From: Isoptericola halotolerans
Lineage (GTDB): Bacteria > Actinomycetota > Actinomycetes > Actinomycetales > Cellulomonadaceae
NCBI RefSeq assembly: GCF_013149785.1
Contig: NZ_JABEZU010000001.1
Location: 124,001 to 188,000 of the forward strand
Length of the DNA: 64,000 nucleotides
Reading direction: 5' to 3'
Below, in pieces: positions 38,463-48,990 of the stretch. The position numbers were made by a program, and so were the translations under genes. Below the pieces are notes generated by a model. That model saw nothing but the letters and a program-made list of their open reading frames with translations, was not told where the DNA came from and searched no databases. The first letter of the stretch is position 1. Each line of letters begins with the position of its first letter.

Positions 38463-39470
38463 ATGCGTGAGTCGTCGGTGACGATCCATGACGTCGCGCG
38501 CCACGCAGGGGTGTCGGCCGCGACGGTGTCGAACTTCTTCAACTGGCCGGACAAGCTGTCCGAGCGCATGAGGTCCCGGGTCGAGACCTCGGTGACGGAG
38601 CTGGGCTTCGTGCCGAACATGCCGGCCCGGCAGCTGCGCCGTCAGCGCAGCGGGATCGTGGGCCTGAGCGTGGTCAACGCCTCGAACCCGTTCTTCGCCG
38701 GTATCGCGACGGCGGTGGAGCAGGTCGCCGAGGACGCCGGGCTGTCGGTGGTGGTGGGCTCCTCGCACGAGTCGGCCGACCGGCAGGAGAAGTTCCTGAC
38801 GCTGTTCGAGCAGCTCCGGTTCGACGGCGTCGTGGTGGCACCGTCGGACGACGAGCTGGAACCGCTGCGCCAGCGCCGCGACCGCGGCACGCCGGTGGTG
38901 CTCGTGGACCACGAGGACCCGGACGGTCGCCTGTCCTCGGTGTCCCTGGACCACCGGGAGGGGGGCCGGATCGCCGCGGAGCACCTCGTCACCGCCGGGC
39001 GGACCCGGCTGCTCTTCGCGGGCGGCCCCGAGGGGGTGCGTCAGGTGGCCCGACGCCTGGAGGGTTGCCGGGAGGTCGTCTCCGGCATCGCCGGCACGCG
39101 CCTCGAGGTCGCCCGGTCGGCGGACCTGGACCTCACCGACGGCGAGGAGATGGGCCGGTGGATCGCGGGCCTCGACCAGGACGAGCGCCCGGACGCCGTG
39201 TTCGCGGGCAACGACCTCCATGCCATCGGGCTCGTGAACGCGCTGGTCGCGCAGGGCGTGCAGGTTCCCGACGAGGTCGCCGTGGTGGGCTACGACGACA
39301 TCCCGTTCGCGGCGCGGGCCGCCGTCCCGCTGACGACGGTGCGCCAGCCGATCGCCGAGATGGGCCGGGCGGCTGCCCGGCTCCTCCTCGACGAGATCTC
39401 CGAGCCCGGTCGCGAGCCGCGCGACGTCGTGTTCCCGCCGGAGCTCGTGGTGCGGGCCTCGGCGCCCTGA
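38463..39470 (+). CDS. LacI family transcriptional regulator
   Basis: TIHDVARHAGVSAATVS, NPFF, NDLHAIG, VVGYDD and PLTTVRQP. Confidence 0.94.
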   Translation: MRESSVTIHDVARHAGVSAATVSNFFNWPDKLSERMRSRVETSVTELGFVPNMPARQLRRQRSGIVGLSVVNASNPFFAGIATAVEQVAEDAGLSVVVGSSHESADRQEKFLTLFEQLRFDGVVVAPSDDELEPLRQRRDRGTPVVLVDHEDPDGRLSSVSLDHREGGRIAAEHLVTAGRTRLLFAGGPEGVRQVARRLEGCREVVSGIAGTRLEVARSADLDLTDGEEMGRWIAGLDQDERPDAVFAGNDLHAIGLVNALVAQGVQVPDEVAVVGYDDIPFAARAAVPLTTVRQPIAEMGRAAARLLLDEISEPGREPRDVVFPPELVVRASAP

Positions 39471-39491
39471 CGGCTGCGGCGGGCCGACGCC

Positions 39492-40049
39492 CTATCTCGG
39501 TGCGTGCCGGAGGTGGCGTCCCAGGTCTCGACGGGCGCGGTGCAGACGCGACTTGACGGTCCCGACCGGCACCCGCAGGCGGAGCGCGACCTCGGCCGCG
39601 GGCAGGTCGTCGACCAACGCCAGGTGTGCGACCTGCCGCTCGACCGGGCCCAGCGTGGCCAGCGCCGCGGCGATCGCGAGCCGGTCGGCGACGGCGGGGG
39701 CGTGGTCGGGGTCGACGGTCGCACCGGGGCCGGCGGCCGTCGTGACACGGTGCAGCAGGCGGTCCTGACGCAGGCAGCGTCGTCGTTCGTTGGCGCACAG
39801 GCGGGTCGCGACGGAGCGGAGCCACGGCCAGGCGGTGGTCTCGACGCGTGCGGTGCGTCGCCGTCGCCAGACGGTGTGGAAGACGTCGCCGGCGACGGCG
39901 GACGGGTCGGCGCGGGCGACGCCGCGCAGCTGCCCGGTCACGCAGTGCAGGACACGGTGGTGGTAGCGGGTGAAGAGCGCGGCGAAGGCCTGCTCGTCGT
40001 CGGTGCGGACCCGCGCCCACAGCTCGGGGTCCGTCGTCCGTGAGCCCAT
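39492..40049 (-). CDS. ECF RNA polymerase sigma factor (divergent region 2)
   Basis: AFAALFTRY, WPWLRSVA, and region 4 EVALRLRVPVGTVKSRLHRAR; RBS AGGAGG. Confidence 0.85.
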   Translation of the reverse strand: MGSRTTDPELWARVRTDDEQAFAALFTRYHHRVLHCVTGQLRGVARADPSAVAGDVFHTVWRRRRTARVETTAWPWLRSVATRLCANERRRCLRQDRLLHRVTTAAGPGATVDPDHAPAVADRLAIAAALATLGPVERQVAHLALVDDLPAAEVALRLRVPVGTVKSRLHRARRDLGRHLRHAPR

Positions 40050-40094
40050 GGTGGACCTCCTGCCGGCGACTCGCTCGCGATCGTCTGCAGCCCC

Positions 40095-40152
40095 AGCCTG
40101 CCGGGTGCGGGCGACGTTGGCAAGAGTTTCACTGACCTACTGGTAGGTCAGT
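40095..40152 (-). promoter_or_regulatory. Promoter of the ECF gene with an upstream perfect palindrome
   Basis: Minus strand TTGCCA (40123-40118), 17-bp spacer, CAGGCT (40100-40095); palindrome ACTGACCTAC-TG-GTAGGTCAGT at 40131-40152. Confidence 0.6.
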
Positions 40153-40749
40153 TTACGCCGGCGGCGGGCGAAGGTCGTCGAGGAGGAGCGTCCAGTGCTG
40201 GTCGACACGTTCGACCGGGTCCGGCGGACCGGGGGCCCGCCGTGCCAGCTCCTGGGTCCCCAGGAAGGCGGCGGCCAGGTGCCAGGCGAGCTCGTCGACG
40301 TCCGTCCCGGCGCGCAGCTCGCCCGCGCCGACCGCGCGGTCGAGGCAGCGTCGGACGACGTCGATCCAGCCGGCGAACGGGTCCGGCAGGCCGTCGGTGG
40401 GGCCGTCGCCGGTGAGCCGTGCGGCGGCGCGCAGGGTGACGTCGTCGCGAAAGCGCCGGGCAGCCTCGGCAGAGAGGCGGCGCAGCGCATCCAGACCGGT
40501 GACGCCCTCGCCGTCCATCTCGCGCAGGACAGGTTCCCAGACGACCGAACCGGCGCGCACGACCTCGGCGGCGAGCTCGGCCTTCGACGGGAAATGGAAG
40601 TAGACGGAGCCTTTGGTGAGTCCGAGGCGATCGGCGATCTGCGCGACAGAGGTCGCGGAATATCCTCGTGCGTCGAACTCCTCGGCGGCTGTCCTCAGGA
40701 TCGCCGCCCGGGTCGCCGCCTTCTGTTGTTGTCGCGAAGTTTCGGCCAC
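40153..40749 (-). CDS. ScbR/ArpA-like TetR-family autoregulator receptor
   Basis: QKAATRAAILRTAAEEFDARGY.AT....IADRLGLTKGSVYFHFPSK.ELA; C-terminal RAAARL, W, GELR, FLGTQ and W..LL; RBS AAAGGA. Confidence 0.85.
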   Translation of the reverse strand: MAETSRQQQKAATRAAILRTAAEEFDARGYSATSVAQIADRLGLTKGSVYFHFPSKAELAAEVVRAGSVVWEPVLREMDGEGVTGLDALRRLSAEAARRFRDDVTLRAAARLTGDGPTDGLPDPFAGWIDVVRRCLDRAVGAGELRAGTDVDELAWHLAAAFLGTQELARRAPGPPDPVERVDQHWTLLLDDLRPPPA

Positions 40750-40920
40750 CGATGATTCCTTTGCTGCCGGCCGGTGCCGGAACGCCCGACATCGCGGCGT
40801 TCCTCACTGGACGGTAGCGCGATACCCGAGGAGCGCTCTCCTGGGCACGCGGGCCGCGCCGGATCGTTCCGCAAAGGGTGGCAGGAATGACGAGCGCGAA
40901 TGAGGCGCCTGGGAAACTTC

Positions 40921-40946
40921 ATTGACTGTACAGAAGGTCAGTCAAT
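40921..40946. promoter_or_regulatory. Palindrome upstream of the scbR-like gene (candidate autoregulatory site)
   Basis: ATTGACTG-N10-CAGTCAAT; shares TGAC-N10-GTCAGT with 40131-40152. Confidence 0.6.
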
Positions 40947-41736
40947 TCTCGAGATGCACTTCGCCCTGAGCGACGACCAGCCTGTTCTGCAGCACGGAGA
41001 CCTCGACCGCTCGGTGCGTCGCGGTCGCGTAGACCTCCGGCCGTGGCGTGTACTCCACGAACCGGTCGATCGCCATCGACACGGCGATCACCGTGCGCCG
41101 CGCGCGCAGCAGCGTCGCGGCGTGCAGCGCCGCCGCGACGAGCGCGTGCCCCGAGAGCCGGTCGAGCGTCGGGTCGACCTGGCGGGGGTCGTCGCAGTCC
41201 CAGCCCATGCGGCCGAGCAGCCGGTCGCCGTGCTGCTGCAGGACGCTGAGCGGCTCGCTGTCGTGCCGGACCGGCGCCGGACGCGGCGCGCCACCGCGGA
41301 CCAGCCGGTACGTGGCGGGGTCGATGCACTGCACGGTCCCGCTGCCGTGCGCGATCTCCCGCGAGCCCGCGCGGACCGTCACGGACGCCTCGAAGGCCGC
41401 GACCGACCCACGGCGCTCGCGACGGGCGTGCACCTGGACGAACGCCGTCGCGCCGAGAGTCCCCGACTCGGGGAGGAGCGGAGCGCGTCCCGTCCACCGG
41501 AACGCCACGCGGCGCATGCTCAGGTGGTGGTCCGCGCCGACGCCCAGGCACTGCCTCGCCACCACCACCCCCACCCGGCGCACGACCTCCAGGCCGACCA
41601 GGACGGGTACCGGGGCTGCCGTCGTCAGCCCCGGCTGGGAGGAGATCCGCACGGCGAGGTGCCAGGCGTCCGTCCCTGCCGCTGCCGCGTCCCCCACGTG
41701 GACGCCGTCCGAACCGCTCCCTGCACCGTCCGACAT
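40942..41736 (-). CDS. AfsA/ScbA/BarX-like double-hotdog protein (degenerate)
   Basis: LEVVRR......LGV..DHH (cf. ETIRQ..H..GVP.GH.F), PATYRLVRG (cf. PAVYRRLRG), DRLSGHALVAAALHAA (cf. DHVPGM.LLEAARQAA), RFVEY; start 41736 or 41751. Confidence 0.72.
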   Translation of the reverse strand: MSDGAGSGSDGVHVGDAAAAGTDAWHLAVRISSQPGLTTAAPVPVLVGLEVVRRVGVVVARQCLGVGADHHLSMRRVAFRWTGRAPLLPESGTLGATAFVQVHARRERRGSVAAFEASVTVRAGSREIAHGSGTVQCIDPATYRLVRGGAPRPAPVRHDSEPLSVLQQHGDRLLGRMGWDCDDPRQVDPTLDRLSGHALVAAALHAATLLRARRTVIAVSMAIDRFVEYTPRPEVYATATHRAVEVSVLQNRLVVAQGEVHLEN

Positions 41737-41803
41737 GCTCAAGATCCCCATGCCCTGGGATGTCCGGCCGGGCCGGATCGGTTCGCGCCGGGGGCGGGTC
41801 CCG

Positions 41804-42364
41804 TCACCCGCCGGCTGCGTCGAGGAGGGTCTCGGCGGCCGCGCGCGCGTGCCGGGCCGTGCTGGTGTCACCCGAGATGGCGGCCGTGGTCTGGGCGCCC
41901 TCGGCCAGGATCGCGATCTGCGGAGCGAGCCGTGCGGGGGCGCCGGCCTCGGCCACGAGCCGGGCCACGTGGTCGCGGAAGGCTTGCTTCTGCTCGCGGA
42001 CGACGTCCGCTGCCGGGGCGGACGCGGGACCGACCTCGCCGAAGGTGTTGATGAAGGCGCAGCCCCGGAACGTGGGTTCGTGGAACCAGTCGTCGAGGAA
42101 GTCGAAGATCGCGAGGATCTGCTCCCGGGGCGTGGTCGCCCGGTCGCCGGCGGCGGCGAGGCCGGCGTCCCAGGTCTCTCGTCTCTGCTGGAGCACCGTC
42201 ACGAGCAGGTCTTCCTTGGACCCGAACATCGCGTAGATGCGCTTGAGCGGGACTCCCGCCGCCTCGCGCACGGCGTCCATGCCCACGGCCTGGACCCCCC
42301 GGGCGTAGAAGAGCTCGTCGGCGGCCTCGACCACCCGTTCGCGCGGCGTTCGCTCGTCAGTCAT
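41804..42364 (-). CDS. TetR family transcriptional regulator
   Basis: ADELFYARGVQAVGMD, Y..FGSKEDL and FRGCAFIN; RBS GGAGG. Confidence 0.93.
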   Translation of the reverse strand: MTDERTPRERVVEAADELFYARGVQAVGMDAVREAAGVPLKRIYAMFGSKEDLLVTVLQQRRETWDAGLAAAGDRATTPREQILAIFDFLDDWFHEPTFRGCAFINTFGEVGPASAPAADVVREQKQAFRDHVARLVAEAGAPARLAPQIAILAEGAQTTAAISGDTSTARHARAAAETLLDAAGG

Positions 42365-42396
42365 GCCTGTCCCTCCTGCACTTCAGTCCGCGCCAC

Positions 42397-43318
<922 letters not shown>

Positions 43319-43323
43319 GCCGG

Positions 43324-43361
43324 GGTGCGTCCCGGGGGCTGCTCAGCCGCCGGGACGCACC
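43324..43361. terminator. Hairpin between convergent genes
   Basis: GGTGCGTCCCGG...CCGGGACGCACC. Confidence 0.65.
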
Positions 43362-43420
43362 AGCCCCGACACGACGGCCCGCATGACGGTGGCGGTCACC
43401 GCCGGGCCGGGACGCCGCGC

Positions 43421-44671
43421 TCAGCCCTCCAGGCGCGTGGGCAGCTCGGCCACCACCCGGAACCCGCCGTCCGGACCGGCCCCCGCGGTCAGGGTGCCCC
43501 CCAGCAGGGCGGCACGCTCGGACATCCCCGCGATCCCCGCACCCGCCGGCAGCGGGGCTCCCGCCCCCGTGCCGTCGTCGGACACCGTGATGCGCAGCCG
43601 GCCGTCCGCCACGGAGAGTCGCACGAGCGCCGCCCGGGCCCGCGAGTGCCGCAGCACGTTCGTCAACGACTCCTGCACGATCCGGTAGGCCGCGGCGTCC
43701 ACCGTGGCGTCGATCGACCCCGCCGGCACCTCGACCCGCGTCGAGACCTGCACCCCGCTCGCGCGCACCGGCTCCACGAGCGCGGCCAGGCCCGCCGGCC
43801 CGGTCGCCGCGGGCAGGACGTCACGGTGGTGGGCGCCCGGCGTCTCCGGGTCGGGGAGGCCGGTGGGGTGCAGCGGGCGCCGCAGCACCCGGACCGTCGC
43901 GCGCAGCTCGTGCAGCGTCCCCGAGGTCGCCTCGCGCACGTGCCGCAACGCCGTGCGCGCGGCGTCGTCGTCACGCCCCACCGCCTCGGTGGCGACACCG
44001 GTGTGCAGGGCGACGATGGACAGGTTGTGCCCGACGACGTCGTGCAGGTCCCGAGCGATGCGCATCCGTTCGTGCTGCAGGCGCTGGTCCGCGGCTCGCG
44101 ACCGCTCCGCCTCCGTCAGCGCGCGCACCTCCTCGGTGTGCCGCCGCGCCGCCCGCGTGAGGCGCACCGCCGTCCCGAGCGCGACCGCGGCCGCCACGAG
44201 CGCGACGTTGGTGACCAGGTCGTCGACCGTCAGCGCGGCCGACGGGTCGTCGTCCGTCACCCGGATGGACGTGCCCACCACGATCAGCACGGTGCCGGCA
44301 CCGACGGCCCAGCGCATGCGGCCCAGCTCGGCCGCGAAGTAGAGCGCCGCCACGGCCGGCAGCGCCATGCCGATCGGCGCGTGGCCGAGCAGGTGGTACG
44401 CGAAGATCGCCAGCACGGTCGCCACCAGCATCAGCACCGGCGCGCGACGCCGGAGCAGCACCAGGGCGCCGACGCCGGCGGCGAAGAGGTACGCGCCCGG
44501 ACCGTGACCGGTCGCGGCTCCGGCGCCGAGGGTCCCCGCGGCATCGGCCGCGACGACGACGGCGAGCACCAGCGTCATGGCCAGGGCGAGCAGGACGTCG
44601 GCCACCCACGGGGACGGCGTCGTGGTGCGGACACCAGCGACGTCGTCGACCGCGGGGGAGAGCCTGGGCAC
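43421..44671 (-). CDS. HisKA_3 (NarX/DesK-type) membrane sensor histidine kinase
   Basis: Multi-TM N-terminus; ERMRIARDLHDVVGH, AYRIVQESLTNVLRH, DDG.G and G..GM.ERA..LGG. Confidence 0.92.
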   Translation of the reverse strand: MPRLSPAVDDVAGVRTTTPSPWVADVLLALAMTLVLAVVVAADAAGTLGAGAATGHGPGAYLFAAGVGALVLLRRRAPVLMLVATVLAIFAYHLLGHAPIGMALPAVAALYFAAELGRMRWAVGAGTVLIVVGTSIRVTDDDPSAALTVDDLVTNVALVAAAVALGTAVRLTRAARRHTEEVRALTEAERSRAADQRLQHERMRIARDLHDVVGHNLSIVALHTGVATEAVGRDDDAARTALRHVREATSGTLHELRATVRVLRRPLHPTGLPDPETPGAHHRDVLPAATGPAGLAALVEPVRASGVQVSTRVEVPAGSIDATVDAAAYRIVQESLTNVLRHSRARAALVRLSVADGRLRITVSDDGTGAGAPLPAGAGIAGMSERAALLGGTLTAGAGPDGGFRVVAELPTRLEG

Positions 44672-45037
44672 GAGGCCCAGGGTAGGTCGCGCGGGCGCGG
44701 CTCGCTCTGCTCGCGGTGCGCTGCGTCCGTGACCGCCCAGGGACGCTCAGGGTCGAGCTGACGCCTCGGGGCCGATGTGGGCGAGCAGGTCCGGACGCGA
44801 CCGTGGTAGACGGCGACCCACCACGCTCCCGGAGCGGATCCGCTGGGAGCTCGTGCACCCACAGCGGCTGGGTGGTGGCAGGCACGGCCTGGGACCATCA
44901 CGGCGTGCCCAGCCTCACCGGTCCCGCGGCTGAGGCCCTGGCACCGACGAGTGGCACGACACGCACCAGCACGTCCGATGCGCCGGACCACCGCGCGCCG
45001 TGACGTGCGCGAGACAGAGTCGGTGAACAATCGCCGG

Positions 45038-46060
45038 ATGGCGCTCGCAGACTTCCCCCGGCACCCGTTGACCTTCGGCCCCAGCCCGATCCACCCCGTG
45101 GACCGGCTGAGCGACCACCTCGGTGGCGCCCGCCTGTGGATGAAGCGCGAGGACGTCTCCAGCGGCCTCGCCTACGGCGGCAACAAGGTCCGCAAGCTGG
45201 AGTACCTCGTGCCGGAGGCGCTGGCCCAGGGCGCGGACACGCTGGTCTCGATCGGCGGGGTGCAGTCCAACCACACGCGCCAGGTGGCCGCCGTCGCGGC
45301 ACACCTGGGGATGCGGGCGGTGCTCGTGCAGGAGCACTGGGTGGACTGGCCGGACGCCGTCAACGACCGGGTCGGCAACATCATGCTGTCGCGGCTGATG
45401 GGCGCCGACGTCCGGCTCTCCCCGGCAGGCTTCGGCATCGGGTTCAAGGACTCGTGGCGTGAGGCGATCGCCGACGTCGAGGCCGGCGGCGGGACGCCCT
45501 ACGCCATCCCGGCCGGGGCGTCCGACCACCCGCTGGGTGGCCTCGGCTTCGCCCGCTGGGCCCACGAGGTCGCAGAGCAGGAGCGTGAGCTGGGCGTCTT
45601 CTTCGACACGATCGTCGTGTGCGCGGTGACCGGGTCGACCCAGGCCGGGATGATCGCCGGGTTCGCGGACCTGGTGGAGAACTTCGGTGGCCGGCCGCGA
45701 CGCGTCCTGGGCATCGACGCATCGGCGAAGATCACCGAGACCCGGGACCAGGTCGCGCGGATCGCGCGCCGCACGGCCGAGGCGATCGGGGTGGGACGCG
45801 ATCTGCGCGACGACGAGATCACGGTGCTCGAGGGCTGGGCGGGCGACGAGTACGGCATCCCCGTGGAGTCCACCGACGAGGCGATGCACCTGGTCGGCAG
45901 GCTCGAGGGCGTCATCCTCGACCCGGTCTACGAGGGCAAGTCCATGGCCGGGCTGATCGACCTCGTCCGCCGCGGCGACATCCCTCGCGACTCGAACGTC
46001 CTGTACGCGCACCTGGGCGGGCAGCCTGCTCTCAACGCGTACAGCGGTCGCTACCACTGA
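45038..46060 (+). CDS. acdS: 1-aminocyclopropane-1-carboxylate deaminase
   Basis: [62 protein letters not shown] and YAHLGG.PALN.YS. Confidence 0.94.
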   Translation: MALADFPRHPLTFGPSPIHPVDRLSDHLGGARLWMKREDVSSGLAYGGNKVRKLEYLVPEALAQGADTLVSIGGVQSNHTRQVAAVAAHLGMRAVLVQEHWVDWPDAVNDRVGNIMLSRLMGADVRLSPAGFGIGFKDSWREAIADVEAGGGTPYAIPAGASDHPLGGLGFARWAHEVAEQERELGVFFDTIVVCAVTGSTQAGMIAGFADLVENFGGRPRRVLGIDASAKITETRDQVARIARRTAEAIGVGRDLRDDEITVLEGWAGDEYGIPVESTDEAMHLVGRLEGVILDPVYEGKSMAGLIDLVRRGDIPRDSNVLYAHLGGQPALNAYSGRYH

Positions 46061-46063
46061 TGG

Positions 46064-46870
46064 TCAGTGGCGCTGCGGAGGAGCGGCCTCGATCTTCGTC
46101 GCGACCCGGTCGACGAGCGCGTCGATCTCCAGCTCCGCGGGCACGTCGGCGTGCGCCGGGGCGAGGGTCGCCACGAGGACGACCGCCCCGGACACCGCCG
46201 TCATCGCGACGGTGACGCGCTGCCGGGCACCGGTCGACGGATCGGTCTCGATCCCGGTGAAGCCCGCGTAGCCCTTCTCGTCCTCGGCGCGCTCGGTGTA
46301 GTCGTCCCAGCCGGGTGCCAGGTCGTCCCCGTCGTCGAGGGCGTGCTCGCCGATCCGCTGCGGGGAGCTCAGCGTGACCCCCGCGTCGGCGGCCTGCTCC
46401 ATCACCCCCTCCGGCCAGGTGCGCTCCGTGAGCGACCCGGCGTAGACGTCGCCGACGGGGTGCGACGCCGGGTACCACGACGCGTGCGCGATCACGCTGG
46501 TGTAGACCGACACCGAGCCGTGCCGCACACCGGAGACGGCGGTGACCCCCGGGGTCCCCGTGACGGGCATCCAGCGGCGGACCAGGTCAGGGCTGTGGAG
46601 GTAGCGCAGACCCGGCAGGCGCCAGGGCGCCGGCTCGTGCGGCGGGACGGTCGAGACCCACTCGGGCTCCACGGGCAGCCGTTCGGCCCCGGCAGGCAGG
46701 TCGGACTCCGTCAGGGCCCAGGGGCCGGGTTGCCACCTCTCGCGCAACGCCCGTTGGATCGGTTCCCCCCAGGTCAGCGAGCCGACCACGAGGGCGAACA
46801 GGAGCAGTGTGCCGACGGGCACGACGACGCCGCCGCGCCAGCCGCGGCGTCGTCTCGCGATGATCGTCAT
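46064..46870 (-). CDS. Hypothetical protein with a single N-terminal TM anchor
   Basis: RRRR followed by a hydrophobic stretch; ATGA overlap with the upstream gene; RBS GGGAG. Confidence 0.6.
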   Translation of the reverse strand: MTIIARRRRGWRGGVVVPVGTLLLFALVVGSLTWGEPIQRALRERWQPGPWALTESDLPAGAERLPVEPEWVSTVPPHEPAPWRLPGLRYLHSPDLVRRWMPVTGTPGVTAVSGVRHGSVSVYTSVIAHASWYPASHPVGDVYAGSLTERTWPEGVMEQAADAGVTLSSPQRIGEHALDDGDDLAPGWDDYTERAEDEKGYAGFTGIETDPSTGARQRVTVAMTAVSGAVVLVATLAPAHADVPAELEIDALVDRVATKIEAAPPQRH

Positions 46871-48990
46871 GTCAGGTCTCCCAGCTCTCGGCGTAGGTCG
46901 GCGTTGATCGCGAAGGTGTTGCCGAAGGTGTCCCGCAGGGTCTTCGAGTCGGGGTCGAGCCGTTCCGTCGCACGGTCGACCTCCTCGGCGGAGAACCCCT
47001 GGGCGGCGAGCTGGTCGCGCACCGCCTCGCCGAAACGCCCGGTCACCCAGGCCCGCAGCTCCGGCTCGGTCCGGAGCACCTCCCCGCGGGCGGCCTCGAC
47101 GCCGTCGGGCAGGAGCGGAGGCAGGAGGGTGCTCACACCGGTCGCGGCCAGCGACGCCCCCGACGGTGACCTGGTGGTCGCGAGGCTGAGGCCGGAGGAG
47201 AACCAGCCGGCGGTCCTCGCGGTGGCCTCCTGGTCCGCGCGAGCGGCGACGATCGTCCCGGACGTGATCGACCCCAGGACCGCCGCGGCGTCCCGGGTGG
47301 CCCCCGCGGTGAGCGCCTCGGCGTCGGCGAGACCACGCCCGGGAGCCACGACCTCGGCCACGGCGTCGTCCAGGTACCTGTCGACCCGCTCCACCCAGTG
47401 GCCCGACGCCGTCTCCGTGCTCGACGTCGCGGCGACCACGTCGCGGAACGCGAAGGCGTCCAGGAGCGGCTGGACGACCGGGGCGTACACCCCGGTCCCC
47501 TCGGCGAGCTGGGGCCTGCCCGCCACCCCCGGCTCGGGCTGCGGCATGTCGTGGAGCTGCTGGTGGACGGTGTCACCGGCCGAGACCAGGTACGGCGCGT
47601 AGGCGTCGGCGACGTTCCGGCCGGCCTCGTCCGAGACGGGGTACGGGCCGGCCAGCAGGCCGTGGTCGGTGACGAGCTCTCGGGTCGCGGTCGAGACGAG
47701 CAGCGCGGACCGGCTCTGCTGGTCGACGTCGTCGCTCCCGGTGCCCGCAGCGACCGCGGCCGCGAGCAGGCCCGTGACGGCGGCGCCGCCGTCGGGCCAG
47801 CCGTCGGTCGGGGCGGTGCCGAACCAGTGGTCCACCATCGCGGGGATCTCCTCGTCCGACGGGGCGAGGTGGTCCAGCGCGGCCTGCGGACGCGCGGCGA
47901 GCCCGTCGGCGACCGCGACCGACACGGCGCCCGTGGCGAGCAGGTCGGCGTCGTCCCCCTGCCGCTGCCGGCGTTCGACCAGCGCGTCGGCCGCCCCGAC
48001 GTGGACCCCGGCCGGCAGCATCGGTGCCAGCAGCGTCGCGGCCAGCCCCGCCCGGTCGCCGAGCTCGACGAACGACCCGGGCAGGTCGTCGACCAGGGAG
48101 TGGCCGAGGTCTCGGAGGGCACTCGGCGTGGCGCTCTCCGCCCAGGCGGCGAGCCCGTCGGCGAGCGCGAGGGCGGCGTCGTCGTCGACCGGGGTGACCC
48201 CGATCGCCGCGTAGAGCTCGGCCGGCGTGGTCGACTCCCAGAACGCCGTCCACAGGACGGGGTCGTCACCCGCCGCCACGACGGCGGCCAGGAGCTCGTC
48301 GCGCGCGGCGGAACGCGCCTCGCGGTCCAGGCCGGGGGCCACGGCCCGGACGAGACCGGACAGGTCCACCCCGCTTCGCCACGAGGTCGTGAACGCCGGG
48401 GGCGTGGTGCCGGCGCTCGTCGCGAGCCGCACGGCCCGCACGTGGGCGAGCCCGGCCAGTCGCGGCGCCGTGCTGCGGGAGCCGGTCACCTTGGCGTCCC
48501 GCGCGGCGCGCCACCGGGACTCGGCGGCGGTCACGTCGCTGCGCGCCGTCGCGCCGGCCAACCGCGCCTGCCAGGCCAGCTGGCTCCAGGAGGGGTGCCG
48601 GGGGTCGAAGGGGTCGAGAGCGACACGCCGCGCGTCCGCCTCGTCGTCCGCTGCCCGTGCCACCCGGACGTGTGCCTCGTCCCGGGCCAGGATCGCCCGG
48701 TGGGCGTCCTGCTGCTCGCCCGCCAGGCAGGCCGATCGCTCGGCCAGGGCGCGCGACGTCTCGGCGAGCACGTCGGCGCACAGCTCGGTCTCCGCCCGGA
48801 GCTCGGCGAGGAGCCGCCGGGCCCCGTCGACCGCGCCGGACACGTGCCCCTCCAGGTGTCGTGCCACCCGTGCCAGCCCGCTGGAGGTCTCGGCGAGGGC
48901 CCCGGCGGCGCGGGCTGCCGTCGCCGACAGGTCGGCGAGCCCACCGGGGGAGCCGGTCAGCGGCAGGTACTCCACGTCGTGCGTCAGCAC
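46867..48990 (-). CDS. Large Ala-rich protein with a WXG/LXG-like helical N-terminus (putative type VII substrate)
   Basis: YLPLTGSP start followed by amphipathic helices; start overlaps the stop of the upstream small gene. Confidence 0.55.
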   Translation of the reverse strand: MLTHDVEYLPLTGSPGGLADLSATAARAAGALAETSSGLARVARHLEGHVSGAVDGARRLLAELRAETELCADVLAETSRALAERSACLAGEQQDAHRAILARDEAHVRVARAADDEADARRVALDPFDPRHPSWSQLAWQARLAGATARSDVTAAESRWRAARDAKVTGSRSTAPRLAGLAHVRAVRLATSAGTTPPAFTTSWRSGVDLSGLVRAVAPGLDREARSAARDELLAAVVAAGDDPVLWTAFWESTTPAELYAAIGVTPVDDDAALALADGLAAWAESATPSALRDLGHSLVDDLPGSFVELGDRAGLAATLLAPMLPAGVHVGAADALVERRQRQGDDADLLATGAVSVAVADGLAARPQAALDHLAPSDEEIPAMVDHWFGTAPTDGWPDGGAAVTGLLAAAVAAGTGSDDVDQQSRSALLVSTATRELVTDHGLLAGPYPVSDEAGRNVADAYAPYLVSAGDTVHQQLHDMPQPEPGVAGRPQLAEGTGVYAPVVQPLLDAFAFRDVVAATSSTETASGHWVERVDRYLDDAVAEVVAPGRGLADAEALTAGATRDAAAVLGSITSGTIVAARADQEATARTAGWFSSGLSLATTRSPSGASLAATGVSTLLPPLLPDGVEAARGEVLRTEPELRAWVTGRFGEAVRDQLAAQGFSAEEVDRATERLDPDSKTLRDTFGNTFAINADLRRELGDLT

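Noticed and set aside
44716..45003. 95-aa ORF between the kinase and acdS
   Set aside because: No RBS, no motif and atypical composition; could be a remnant but cannot be supported.
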